Source: Podarcis muralis (Eukaryota). Taken from it: 64,000 bases of DNA. Below are positions 1 to 11,200 of this stretch, in pieces (positions within the stretch are counted from its first letter, which is position 1; the number at the start of each line of letters is the position of its first letter). The stretch is taken from the NCBI RefSeq assembly GCF_964188315.1, contig NC_135655.1:434001-498000 (forward strand). Direction: 5' to 3'. The notes beneath the pieces are model-generated. The model made no database searches. It was not told the origin of the DNA and saw only the letters and a list, made by a program, of their open reading frames with translations. Position numbers and translations under genes: made by a program.

Positions 1-169
1 TCTGGCTGAGCTGTGAGAAGAGAAGGGAGGTGGGCAGGCTTCCTTTGCAGAAGTACAGGCTGACCTCTCTGGGGGGGCCCTCAGGCTGCACCCCAAGAGC
101 CCCGGCCCAGCCTCCACTGCCGAGGGATGTGCCCTTCTGGGAGCGCTAGAAGAGGGCCGCTTATTGTGG

Positions 170-535
170 CAAAACAAGTTGATGGACTATGCTGAAATGG
201 CAAAATTAACTGGGAAGTTCAGAAATCAAGGAGACAAGAACTTCACAAAAGAATGGGGAAAGTTCATAATTTATTTACGAGACCATTGTAAGCAGGTTAA
301 AACATTAGCAGGATTTTAAACACATTTGTAAAGTAATGGAAAGTATGGATAATTTGGAAGGACAAAAATTTGAATAAGTATTGATATGCAGTTGTAAATA
401 TTATCATTAGGACCCATGGAAGGGATGTGGGGAAGTCAGGAAATTCAGAGTAATCTTGATAGTTGGATCTTGAATTGTTTTTTGTTGTATGTTTATATAT
501 ATATTAAAATCAAATAAAAATATATTAAAAAAAGA
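170..535 (+). mobile_element. L1/Tx1-type LINE 3' remnant (ORF2 C-terminus, 3' UTR, A-rich tail) in CYP2 intron 1
   Basis: From 182 it reads MDYAEMAKLTGKFRNQGDKNFTKEWGKFIIYLRDHCKQVKTLAGF*, resembling reptile L1 ORF2 C-termini. AT-rich UTR, then AATAAA and an A-rich tail at ~514-535. Family call is from recalled resemblance. Confidence 0.5.
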
Positions 536-979
536 AGAGGGCTGCTTATTTTGAGCCTGGTGCCTTCGGCGCACCTACCCGGGCAGAGTCTCCTTCGCTG
601 GCGGTTTCTGCAGCCATTTGGTGCTGCTGTAAGGAGGAGCTCCTGGGTGGTGCCTCTGGGCAGCTGAGAAGGGCAGGGCTGCCCTTATTGGGCCCCAGTG
701 TGTCCTGCAGCCTCACCACCACGTGTGCCTCCTTGAGACAGGGTGGCAGAGGTACGCTGCAGGATGCGGTCCCCCCTTGCTCCAAAGCAGCCCTCCTGGG
801 AACCCTCACATTGCAAAGTGAGTCTCAGTCTGCAAACATCTGGGGCCTCCTGACTGTGAAGACCAAGAGGGTGAACTACTCAGGCCTCTTGCTGGGCAGG
901 CCTGGGGTGGCACAGGCCCCATCTTGCCGTGGGGCTCCATGCCAGGCTAGCCTGCCAGCCCCCACCGGCCCGTACTTAC

Positions 980-1159
980 CTTCTCCAAAGATCTGGGGAA
1001 GTCCTTGGTGTCCAGCTGCAGGATGTTCCCCACCCAGGGCAGGGGCTGGGGGCCTGGAGGGAGCCTCTGGCGGCCAGGAGCCTTCCTCCGGACTGAGAGG
1101 AAGAAGAGGCAAGCAGCACATAGCAGGAGAAATATGCCAGGGGCCCCCCAAGTCTCCAT
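980..1159 (-). CDS. Cytochrome P450 family 2 (CYP2C/2H-like), coding exon 1; remainder lies left of the window
   Basis: ATG at 1159: METWGAPGIFLLLCAACLFFLSVRRKAPGRQRLPPGPQPLPWVGNILQLDTKDFPRSLEK. Signal-anchor, basic linker and the CYP2 PPGP-x-PLP-xx-GN motif. Phase-0 donor AAG|GTAAGT at 980/979. No exon 2 recognised in 1-979. Confidence 0.9.
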
Positions 1160-1989
1160 GACCAAAAACTGCACTTCACCAGATTGCAGGACGAAGGGAA
1201 GCTGTTTATTGCAGTCCAAAATATGCAAAACTGCTCAGATGAAGGTGGGGCTGGATTGCTAGCCAATCGCCTTCTGTTGGTCTTCAAGATAACAACTGCA
1301 ACCTTCTGTGCCCAAAGGTCACCGCTGGAGGTGTGTGGGAGGCCCTTGAAGGAAAGCCAAGGCAGATGCAGGCACACGCAGCCACCCGCAGAGCCTCCAA
1401 AATGCAGGACTCTCCTGGCACCTCCGGATCCATGAGAAGGTTCCTGCTGGCTCACAGCAAGGTGGGCCCAGCGTGCAGCACCCCCCCCCAAAAGGCCCAT
1501 CAGGCACCTCCCTGGAACCCACAAGCCCCAGCCAAAGCTCCCTGCTTTGGGGTGTCCCTGCTTCTCTTTCACACTGCTGCAGCGTCTTTTCTGTCCCCTG
1601 CAGTCTGTCCCACTCTGAATTTTGGGTTGTTTTAAGGCGGCCAGGAATGAGACACAGCATATTTCATCATGCAGCAAATCTGCTTTTCCTTCCATCTGCT
1701 TGCCCAGGGAGACACAGCGACTGACCAACCAGAGGTGGTGGCAGGGAAGGAGCTGCTTGCTCGCTGTCTGGGGTGCAGGTCCAAGGGGATTTAAGGCACT
1801 TCATGGGTTCAGGGCTTTTGCATTGTCCCCATGATGTCACCCTCATCCAAGTGACAACCTGAACTTTCCTCCCAATTAATTGGGGTTTCCCCAGTCTATG
1901 AATAATCTGATGCGGGTTGAGAGTGGGGGAGATCAACATAAAATCACATCCTACCCAAGTGTGGACACTGAAGCAGATACTTCCACATT

Positions 1990-2330
1990 ATGTTCTTGAG
2001 AAGAGCCTGCTGGACCAGGCAAATGACCCTTTCTAGTCCAGTGGCCAAGCAGATGCCTTTGGGAAGCCGTCAAGCAGGATTTGAGCACAAGAGCAATTCT
2101 CCCCTCCAGAAGTTTCCAGCAAATGGGATTCAGAAGTATTGCTGCTTCTGACCAGGAGGCCGAGCATAGACATCCTGGCTAGGAGCCACCCATGGCCTCT
2201 CGGCCATTCCTCTTCCTCCTCCTCCATGGATTTGTCTCGTTCTCTTTCAAAGCCATTCAAGCGGGTGGCCATCTCCGCCTCTTCTGGAAATGAGTTCCAT
2301 AGTGTAACTCTGTCAGCTGACCTGCGTTCA
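1990..2330 (-). mobile_element. Degenerate CR1-like LINE 3' end common in squamates
   Basis: Contains aagagcctgctggaccagg...tctagtccag, the reverse complement of the tggcctgatccagc...ctcttctt type tail also seen at ~12060-12140 and ~43720-43870 (+). Confidence 0.45.
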
Positions 2331-4752
2331 AGATGGAGGTCTACTTCTATTCTGGACACTTCTGACAGACCTTCTTAATAAGCTCCAGCTTAATATCAAA
2401 TAATGGAAAGGTATTCTGAATGGGCTCACTGAGCTTTGCATTGCAGGCCCCCAGACCGTGGGTCCCTGAGAGACAGTGTGATTCACTTTAAACTTGTTTT
2501 TAGAGCCTTTGAAAATCTGCACAAACTTCAGTACAAGGATTCTGAATTGCAAGCTTAGCGTCATTGTGTCTGCCCAGAGACCCAGGCAAAAATGTTCCCA
2601 TGCAACCAGACCTTTGGCTGATTAGCAGTCAATGTGCTTTTAAATGTGTTTTTTGGACGGGAGCATTACTGTTTTGTTTTTGTTCTTGTTCTTATTATGT
2701 ACTTTGAGGGTTTTACATTGTTAACTGCCTTGTGGTTTTCAGATGAAGGATGATATACAAATTTAATTAGGAGGAGACAGAGGAGTAATAGAGGTCAATA
2801 TCACTTGTAACAATACCAGTCTTGTTTTTCTCTTTTGTTTTTGAAGACACAAGTGAAAGATTCAGAAAGTCACAAACTGAAAACAGGAACAAAAGAATAT
2901 CTGAAGACACCATGGCAGAAGCTGCAAAGCCAAAGTCTGCAACAGGTATAAACCCGGGGTGGGGTGGGGTGTGGAGAACATTTTTCAGGTTTCTAAGATA
3001 TGTCAAAGACTTATAGGTCAGCCATACTGAAAACAGGCGTCTCCTGCTGGAGTCTGAACTGCACTTAGCAGCCCCTTTCATGATGGCAGCCCCTCAGCTG
3101 CCCTCTTCAGCCTCCGCTCTGAGGTGCTTATGGGGAAGAGGGTTCTGTGGCCTTTGTGCAGTGGCTGTATCCTGCCATGTCGCCCTTCTGGTTTCTCTGG
3201 CCTGGTATCAGTGCTGCAATCACGAGAGGAATCCAGAACTGCCCCCAGCTGCAACTGCAAGATCTGTCACTGTTAAGACAGACAAGGCAAGAGCTGGGGG
3301 GGCGGGGCAGAGTCCTGTTTCCCAGCAGGGGCCATTTCCCACAATGCTTAGGGAAGCAGCAGCTGCAGCCTCTGGAAGGCAGGCCAGGTGACCCCTAGAA
3401 GCCCAACCCCACGGGGGGGGGGGGGACGAAACCCTGACCAAGGGTGTGCCCTGCACGGTTGCCCTGGAGCCTGAGAGCAGGACTTCTAGTGGATCAGGCC
3501 CTCTTTAGAATGCTGGCCTCCTGCTTTATCAACCTGAGTGGCTCTCCAAGGCTCTTTTACGCAAGACAAGCACAGGAGCTGCTGCTTTGGAGAAACACAG
3601 CGAAGTCGCCTTGCGGCAAAGGGCTCCGCTTCCCCCAGGAGAGCACCTTGTGTGCCGAGTGCTGGGCTGGAGGGGACCTCAGAAGCCCCCAAAGGAGACC
3701 AAGTGTGCTCTGGTGCCAGAAGGGCAGATAGATTTTTTTAAAAATAGGAACGATCCACAACTGTATGGGTCGCATAGAAGCCAACTCCTAAGGGTCAAGG
3801 TACCTTCACCGCCCCCTAAAATATTTGAGGGCATTGCATGGCGGGGCTTACCTGTGCCCCTCATTATTTTATTCACGTTGGACAGTTGAATGAATACCTC
3901 TGCACATGTCCACATCAGACATCAGGTTTCCTAGGTTGGAGGAACACGTGCATGTTTTCCCCATCTTACTATTTTTTACTGCAATTTGGAGCAAATCTGC
4001 AATATTGGAAAATGTAAAAAAAGAAAGAAAAAGGGACAGGGAAGTTTAGTTTCCCCAACTGCCTTTAACCAGCTAATGAACCTTCCTGCCATTTTTCTTA
4101 GCATTTTGGCTCATCATTTGGTTTACATTTATTTTAGAGCATAAATAGAGGCATTACATGCTTTTAGTGATACCTTATAGTTTTTATAAACTCTCAGTGT
4201 GCTTATTGCTTTTAAACATCACAGGCAATAAATAAGAGAAGAACCAATGAGCCCATACATGGGATGCATCCAAGCAAAGAAGGGGTGGACAGAAAAAGAA
4301 AAAAGAAATGGTCTAATTGTAGAGCAAATCATTTGTTTACAGGTTGAAACCTATTTGTTAGCCAAATCAAGTGGACAAGAAGTTGAAAGAATAAGGCACT
4401 GAGGTACAGGAAAAGAATATTTAGCATTATAATTTGTCACCATGTTTTGCAGTGGGTTTTTCTACCTACTCCTGAAGCAGAGTAGCCAAGGAGAGAGAAA
4501 AATGAATTAATAGCAAGGACCGTTGAGCAAAGTTCATATTTGAAAAAGCAACAGAAGGTGGAGGTAGTGTTGGTAAGCTTTTGCTGCCTGGCGGAAGCCT
4601 AACAACTCTGTGGTCAAAGGGAGCTTGCCTCCTTGCTTGAATCTAAAAAGGGGGGGGGGGGCAGAATTCTGCAGTTAACCTGAACAAACCTAAGGGCAGT
4701 CGAAATATAAAAAAAATTAAAAGTCCAGTAGCACCAACTAAGTCTGTTCTGG

Positions 4753-4790
4753 GTATAAGCTTTCGTGTGCATGCACACTTCTTCAGATAC
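4753..4790 (-). ncRNA. Minimal type I hammerhead ribozyme motif (Penelope-associated), copy 1
   Basis: Minus strand reads GUAU-CUGAAGA-A-GUGUGC/AU/GCACAC-GAAA-GC-UU-AUAC. It has the CUGANGA and GAAA cores, a 6-bp stem II, a 4-bp stem I and palindromic AGCU in place of stem III. Confidence 0.75.
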
Positions 4791-4972
4791 ACTGAAACAG
4801 AAGTCGCCAGGCCCTTCTATATAGTGGGAGGGTGGGGTGGGGTATTTCTCAGAAGGGAAGTAGGAGATGGGTGATGGACTCAATGGGTATGGTAAACCTG
4901 TTGACAACTGTTAACTGCAATTAGTCCTACAAGAAAAAGCAAGGGATAGCATGCAGATGATTAGCACAGGCA

Positions 4973-5108
4973 CAGGCATAGGCAACCTCGGCCCTCCGGA
5001 TGTTTTGGGACTACAACTGCCATCATCCCTGACCACTGGCCCTGTTAGCTAGGGATGATGGAAGTTGTAGTCCCAAAACATCTGGTGGGCTGAGGTTGCC
5101 TATCCCTG
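4973..5108. mobile_element. Palindromic MITE (non-autonomous DNA transposon) nested between the Penelope arms
   Basis: Ends caggcataggcaacc ... ggttgcctatccctg, with internal arms gatgttttgggactacaact / agttgtagtcccaaaacatc. No target-site duplication seen. Confidence 0.75.
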
Positions 5109-5188
5109 GATCAGCATATGTAATGAGACAGAAAAACTCCACCCCACCCTCCCACTATATAGAAGGGCCTGGTGACTTCTGTTTCAGT

Positions 5189-5226
5189 GTATCTGAAGAA
5201 GTGTGCATGCACACGAAAGCTTATAC
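5189..5226 (+). ncRNA. Minimal type I hammerhead ribozyme motif (Penelope-associated), copy 2
   Basis: Identical 38-nt motif: stem I 5189-5192/5223-5226, CUGAAGA 5193-5199, extra A 5200, stem II 5201-5214, GAAA 5215-5218, predicted cleavage after U5222. Confidence 0.75.
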
Positions 5227-6297
5227 CCAGAACAGACTTAGTTGGTCTCTAAGGTGCTACTGGACAATTTATTGTGTTTTTTTATATATTTTGACTGCGT
5301 CAGACCAACACGGCTAGGTACCTGAATCTAAAACCTAAGGGCATTCACTCAATCTTGTCTCTCTGAAATGCAAATTTGGCTTGTCTACAGAACCTTCTCC
5401 CTCCTTCCCTTAGCTCCACCTCCCAACAAAGGAAGGAGGAAACTGCATGGATGGACTAGTATTGGCATCCATTAGCCTAGCCAATTAGCAGCTAGGAAGA
5501 GCTCAGAAGAACATACACAATAAACTGTTCATCACTTTTCATTGTCATTATCATATTTTTTAAGCTGTATTTTCAGAAATGGTCTGGGAAAGACTTACCT
5601 CTCATTTACCATTAAGAAGTTTTTCTGCAGGGACACTCAACAGAGTCTTTGCCCTACAAGTAAGTTGCCCTCCTGAATCGTGAATATAAACTGTGAATGG
5701 GGTGTTAGGAGAGCGGCACAACACCCCAAAGCAGCATTTTGCTCTTATGGCAGTTTAAAAGGGTTCTACCCTCCACCTTCAGGGGGCTGTGGAAGGCAAA
5801 GGTTAGCAGACCTTCCTTGAAGAGTTTTCTCAAAAGAGACCATCTTCCTGAGGATGTTTCACCCCTCCCATTGCAAGAACCTGCTGACAATGTTTCAGAA
5901 AGGAGGGGGCGGATTTTGCTCATTGCTTCTTCCTCTCCAGCCTGTGGGAGTCTGAGTGTTATCTGTATATAGATAAGGCGACTGCTCAAGCAGCTGTAAG
6001 ACTCATGCAGCCCAGCGTCTCCCATTAGTCTTTAGTTACGGTAGTTTATGCAGTAGCTGTAGAGAATAAAAGAAGTTATGCTTCAGAGCTGCCGTTCGTG
6101 TGGTTCCTACTCTGCTGACTTTTGGAACTGAGTTTGGTGCTCACAGCTCTGAGTTGTGAGTCCACAGCACTTAGACCTGCTCCCTGCAGTGGAAGGTAGG
6201 TCTCTGGAAGTGCTTTTCCAGCTCGCCTGGCCCAGTCGGGGCTGAAGAGGTTGAGCCCAGTCGTGGCACTGGCTCAAAGGCGAAGCTGACACTTCCC

Positions 6298-6442
6298 CCC
6301 AGTTCCGCTGGTTAGAGCCTGGTGCCTATAATGTCAAGGTTGCAGGTTCAAACCCTGTATGGGACAGCTGCCTATGCTTGCATTGCAGGGGGCTGGACTA
6401 GATGATCCTCAAGGTCCCTTCCAACTCTACAATTCTATGATT
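6298..6442 (+). mobile_element. tRNA-derived SINE with CR1-type tail
   Basis: A-box-like TGGTTAGAGC and B-box-like GGTTCAAACCC, followed by the CR1 tail ggactagatgatcctcaaggtcccttccaactctacaattctatgat. Confidence 0.65.
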
Positions 6443-6692
6443 TGATAAGAGCCAAAATGCTCCTCTCATTCTAGCTGGCATCTCCATGGGTGGGAAGGTC
6501 AGTGGGACCGGAGGAAGCCACGAGGCAACACCCTCCGACTGTCACATTACGGCTGGTATGAAATGAAGGTCCTTTGGAGCAGCCATTAGCCACCCCTTCC
6601 CCTCCACATCCCTCCCTGACAGCCACAGCCCCAACCGACTAGCCAGGAGCAGACGGGCTCAGCTCATGTATTTAAATATATAAAAACACCCT

Positions 6693-6698
6693 TTTATT
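6693..6698 (-). terminator. Probable CWF19L1 polyadenylation signal (AATAAA)
   Basis: TTTATT on the + strand, ~600 nt past the CWF19L1 stop; the first such hexamer I noticed. Confidence 0.55.
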
Positions 6699-7290
6699 TG
6701 AGGATTTTCTTATGACAAAACACTTTTTTTTACAGTACAACAATCCAACATATGTTCAAATTATATACACCCTCCTCAGAGCAATCCTTAGGAATCCGCC
6801 TTTGGCCGGCAGTTAATATTTCCCAGCAGAAGCAAGGAGCAGCATCTTCTGAGCTGAAACAAAGCCATGAAGAGGGGAAGGGGAGTCTGTCCTGCCATGG
6901 CCTCTAAGGCCCATCCTGCCTGGGTGCCCTGGAGGACCCTGTAGCAGAGAGAGACCCCTCTCTCCCTGAACCTCACAGGAGATGCTCGGTGTGGGGTGAG
7001 TCTGCCTCCGTTTCAGAGGGAACAGCTGCCTTCCTTTCCTCCACAGCACAATCTGGAGTTGTGCGCAGGACCCCCACTTAGACCCAGCAGCCACCTCTGC
7101 TCTGGAAGCCAGACAGGCCAATGGTAGCTGATCCGGGGGGGGGGGGGGGTGTCAGGTGGATGTGGCTGGCCACCCTCCCTCCACGCAGGAAGTCTCTGTG
7201 GCCGTGGAAGAAGAGCCCTCGCAGGGAGTGAAAGGAGGCTCCTCACAGGAAGAGAGAGGACAGGATCCAGCCGGTCTGTGCTGCGCCTGC

Positions 7291-8218
7291 TCACTCCCGC
7301 CCTGGCCCTTCATCTTCCTGGGCGAGGTCAAAGGGCTCAAAGGCCTGGCGGAAGTCTTGGGCTGCCGTGGCTTCTTCCTCCTGCCCCGCCTGGCAGCTCC
7401 TCCAGTCTGCCCGCCCAGGCATGGCCAGGATGGCTTCGCTGGCGAGGACCTCCCTGAGGGGAGAGAGAGGATACCCAGGAAAGCATCAGCCCGGGCTGCT
7501 CTCTCCAAGCGCCCCCAACCCCACCAGGCCCACAGAGCAGTTGGCTTCCTGCCCCCTCCCCAAACCACTCCTGATTGGGGGAGGTTGAAGGGGCAGAGAT
7601 ACTGGAGGTTTCCAAGCAGAGGCTGGATGGTTTCAGTTGAGACTCCCACGTTGCAGGGGGCTGGGCTGGATGACAACTGGGATCTCTTGCAACTCTACAA
7701 CTCTAGGATTCTCTGAGCAAGAGAATCCTGGGGCTCAGCAACCACCCAGCATGTGCAGAGTCCCTGTCATTGGGGGTGGGGACAAATGACAAACCTTCCA
7801 AACTGGAGGGGAAAGCTCTTCCTAATACGGTGGAAGAGCTTCTCCCCATTATCGAGCTCCACATAGAAATAAGGCGTCCCTGGCTGGACTATCTGAAAGA
7901 CAAAACCAAAGCCTCAGAACGAGACGCTGGGGCAGCATTCCGCTGCTGGGACCCCAGGGCTCAGAGTGGACAGAACACCAGAGCAGCCTCCTCCTTGCCT
8001 TGCCAGCCCCAGGCTGAGCGGGAGGTGCTGGGCCCAGCCTTGTAAGAGCTTTCAACAAGCCATTTGCTAAGTTTAGCCTGCCCGTTGACCCAAAGGCAGC
8101 AAATATGCCAGGGGTAAGGTAGGACCCTGCCCACTTGCAGCCAACTTGCAGCTTCGGTTCTCAAACATTGGTCAAATGGTCTTCCGGAACGGATTACATT
8201 CAAAAACTGAGGTTCCAC

Positions 8219-8267
<49 letters not shown>

Positions 8268-11200
8268 TTCATGGCTGCAGCAGGACCCAGGGAATCTGGA
8301 GAGCCTTAAAGCAACCACAGAGTGATGGAGAGGCCAATACTCCCTCCCCCCCCTCCCCGCAGGTGGCTCTGTGGGCTGGCCCAGGACACAGATGGTCTGG
8401 GCAGCTGCCCTAATGGCTACTGAAGAGGAGTCTTCACACAGCCTAGGAAGGGGAAGCCAAAAGGACTCCCGTTCAGGCTCTGTCAGCAGCAGATGCTGGG
8501 CCTGCATGACTCTCAGGCCTTCCTCTGATTACACCTGCCCCCCCCCCCCAGGGCCCTGCTATAGGCCTACTTCCCTCTGAGTGCCCCCCTCGGCTGATGG
8601 GGAGAGAAGCAGAAATGGCTCCAGGTTAGGTGAGCCACTTTGCAGTCAGTGACTATGGAGCAGGCGGCAAAGGAAGGACTAGTGACTGAGGTCCCCTGGA
8701 TTAGCTGTGATTCCTGGACCAGATGACCCTTGAAGTCCCTTCCAACCCTGCAATTCTGATTCCTGGACATCCAGATGAATTGTGCATAAAAAGGTGGCTC
8801 CATGCAGCCACCAGCCGTCTCTGAGCGTGGCCCACCCAAAGGGCTTGCTCCAGCCTCGCTACGGATGAAATGGACCTCGTGGCCCCAGGAGACCCTGGTG
8901 TGCTCCTTCTACCTGCTTGAGAGCCGAGTGCTCTGGGATCTCCAGCAACTCGATCCGCTGCTCTTCTGCCTGGACAATGAAGGCCTCCTTGATGTCTTCC
9001 GTAGTGCAGCAGTTCAGGGGAACAGGAACCACCTGGGCGATGGGAATGACAGCACAGAGGAGTTGGCATGGTGCATGGCAGCCTAAGAGCAGAACTGCAA
9101 AGCAAGCTGAGAGTACCATCACAGGGGCCCACAGGGCGTCCCTCAGTACAGCTTGTCATCATGGTGAAAGGCAGAGAGCCTCTCCTGCAGGCTTAAACTT
9201 ATGAAATTTGAGGAAAGAAGGAAAGGAAAGCTTTCCTGTAGCTGTAGGAGGTGAGCAGCAGCAGCCGGGGACTCTGCACCCTCCAGGAGCCCTCTGCTAA
9301 CTGGCCTCCTCCACACTCTCTGTGACAGCCAGACGCCGCTCAGACACTGTCTCTGGCCGGCTACGCAGAACTGCCACAACAGCTGCCCAGGCTCTGAGAG
9401 CCCAGCAGCAACTGCAATCTGCTCCCCAGAAGGAAGGAAGGAGGAGCACCCCACTGCTCTTACGCCCATAGCCATCCCTCGCCGGATCCTGAGGGACTAA
9501 CCCAGAGGCCTCTCACCTGGAGCTGGAGGTGCTGACTGCGGTAGTTCCTCTCAAAGGCCACAAATCTCTTCCCTCTGGCCCCGAAGAACCTTTTCAGGGC
9601 GGACTTGTACTGCTCTACTTCTTCCACCACCTCTGATGCCAGGTCCACCATCGACTGAGAGTGCCCAATGGGCAAGATGAGGACGTGGTCTGGAGTCAAG
9701 CCCCCTTTGGCCAGGGCCAGGTAGCACTGCAGCAGAACCAGGCACAGAGGAACACAAAGGGTGAGCACCCCACCCCGCTAGCTCCGGCAGCGACACCAGC
9801 CGGGTCAAAGCTGAAGCAGCCCAGAGCCCCAAGGCGGCTCTCCCTGTGGTCATACTGAGGTTTCCCCGGATCAGTGCTGCTTCCTTGCACACTGAGAGAT
9901 ACCAAAGAGCAGCTCAAGAGCATCCAGGGACGGGACAGAAAACCACGGGAAGTCCTTTAAGAGGGAACCAAGCCTCCCCTCCAGGAGGCCAAGTCATGGC
10001 CAGCCTCGCTGAATCTCAGTCATGCTGCAGCAACTCCTGTCCTCAGCTGTGAGTCCATCTCAGACCCACACAATGCCCGGCAAGCTCCGAAAGGGACCAA
10101 GGCAGAAAGAAAGAGGGACTCACGTGCGTGCCGATGCTCACCACCAAATGCTTCTCGACTTCTGGGCTAGCGAGGCAAAACCAGCAGGCGGCCGTTGGCA
10201 GGGCTTGAACAGGCAGGTGGAGGGGGGAGAGACACAAACACTCACACATGTGTCGCAGGATGGCCAGCAGGAGGCAGAAAGAGCACTGTTTGCTCCGGGC
10301 AACTTGGTGGGCCAGGCCTCCAGAAAGACCCTCCTGCAGGCCCTGGCTGTTCCGGACTCACGGGGGGAAGCTGACATTCCCTTGCTTCTTGCCCCTGAGC
10401 CCCCAAGGCAGGGCCACTGCTTCTTCCCAAGCACAATGGGGATCTCAGGGGGAGCCCCACAGGCAGAGAACAGGCATGTGCTACGAGGGGGCTCAAGCTG
10501 ACTCAGGCAAGGGAGCCCTCTCCCTTGAGGATCAAAAGCCCACCCAAGGTGGGAAGACTCTTTCACCAGCCAGCCACAGACAACTCCCTTCTCTCAGCGT
10601 AGGACAGTAGCCTAACGGGAACCCTCTGGGCAGGGGAACTTGGCAACCTAAGGCTGGACTACTGCCATGTGCTTCATTGGGGGGCTGCCCTAGGAAGTGG
10701 CTTGGAAGGCTGAATTTGTGCAGCTGCTTGACAGTTGACAGGTTGGAGGCAAGCAGATCCTATAACGTGAATCCTGTTGCAGCTCCACTTGGAAGTGATT
10801 GGGCACTTCCAAGCCTCATTCAAAGGGCTGGTTTTGACCCAGGAAGCTCTTTGTGAATTAGGGATTAGCCCTAACGTTTTATCATGTATTATTCTTATTC
10901 TTATTATCATCCTGTTGGTAGCCGCCCAGAGTGGCTGGACAATCCCAGCAGATGGGCAAGGTATAAATAAGAAATTATTATTATTATTAGGACCCTGTTA
11001 TCTTCTGGAGCCCCTCTCCCACAAAAGAGACCTGCCAGACCCCCTGAGGGAGACTGGTGCAAGAGAAGGGCCTTTTTTGCTGTGGCTCCACATCTGCAGA
11101 GTCCTTTCCCCAGCAAGGTCGCCTGCTGCTGCCTCCACTGCATGTGTGTGCTCTTTAATGGTGTAGAGCAATTACCTTTATGTTTTGGACTGTGTTGTAA

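Larger units (their letters stand above)
4696..5298. mobile_element. Penelope-like element remnant: two inverted terminal (pLTR-type) copies, arms ~4696-4840 and ~5139-5298
   Basis: The left arm is the near-perfect reverse complement of the right arm (one substitution and a 9-nt deletion in the core). Both carry tatctgaagaagtgtgcatgcacacgaaagcttatacc...ttagttggt, characteristic of reptile Penelope termini. Confidence 0.8.

Noticed and set aside
1-979. Search for CYP2 exon 2 (YGPVFT-type motif)
   Set aside because: Not found on the minus strand. It is presumably left of the window, so pseudogene status cannot be judged.
8035-8130. Second H/ACA-like hairpin ending in ACA in CWF19L1 intron 12
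   Set aside because: It has partial stems but no H box or convincing 5' hairpin. The intron 11 candidate fits far better.
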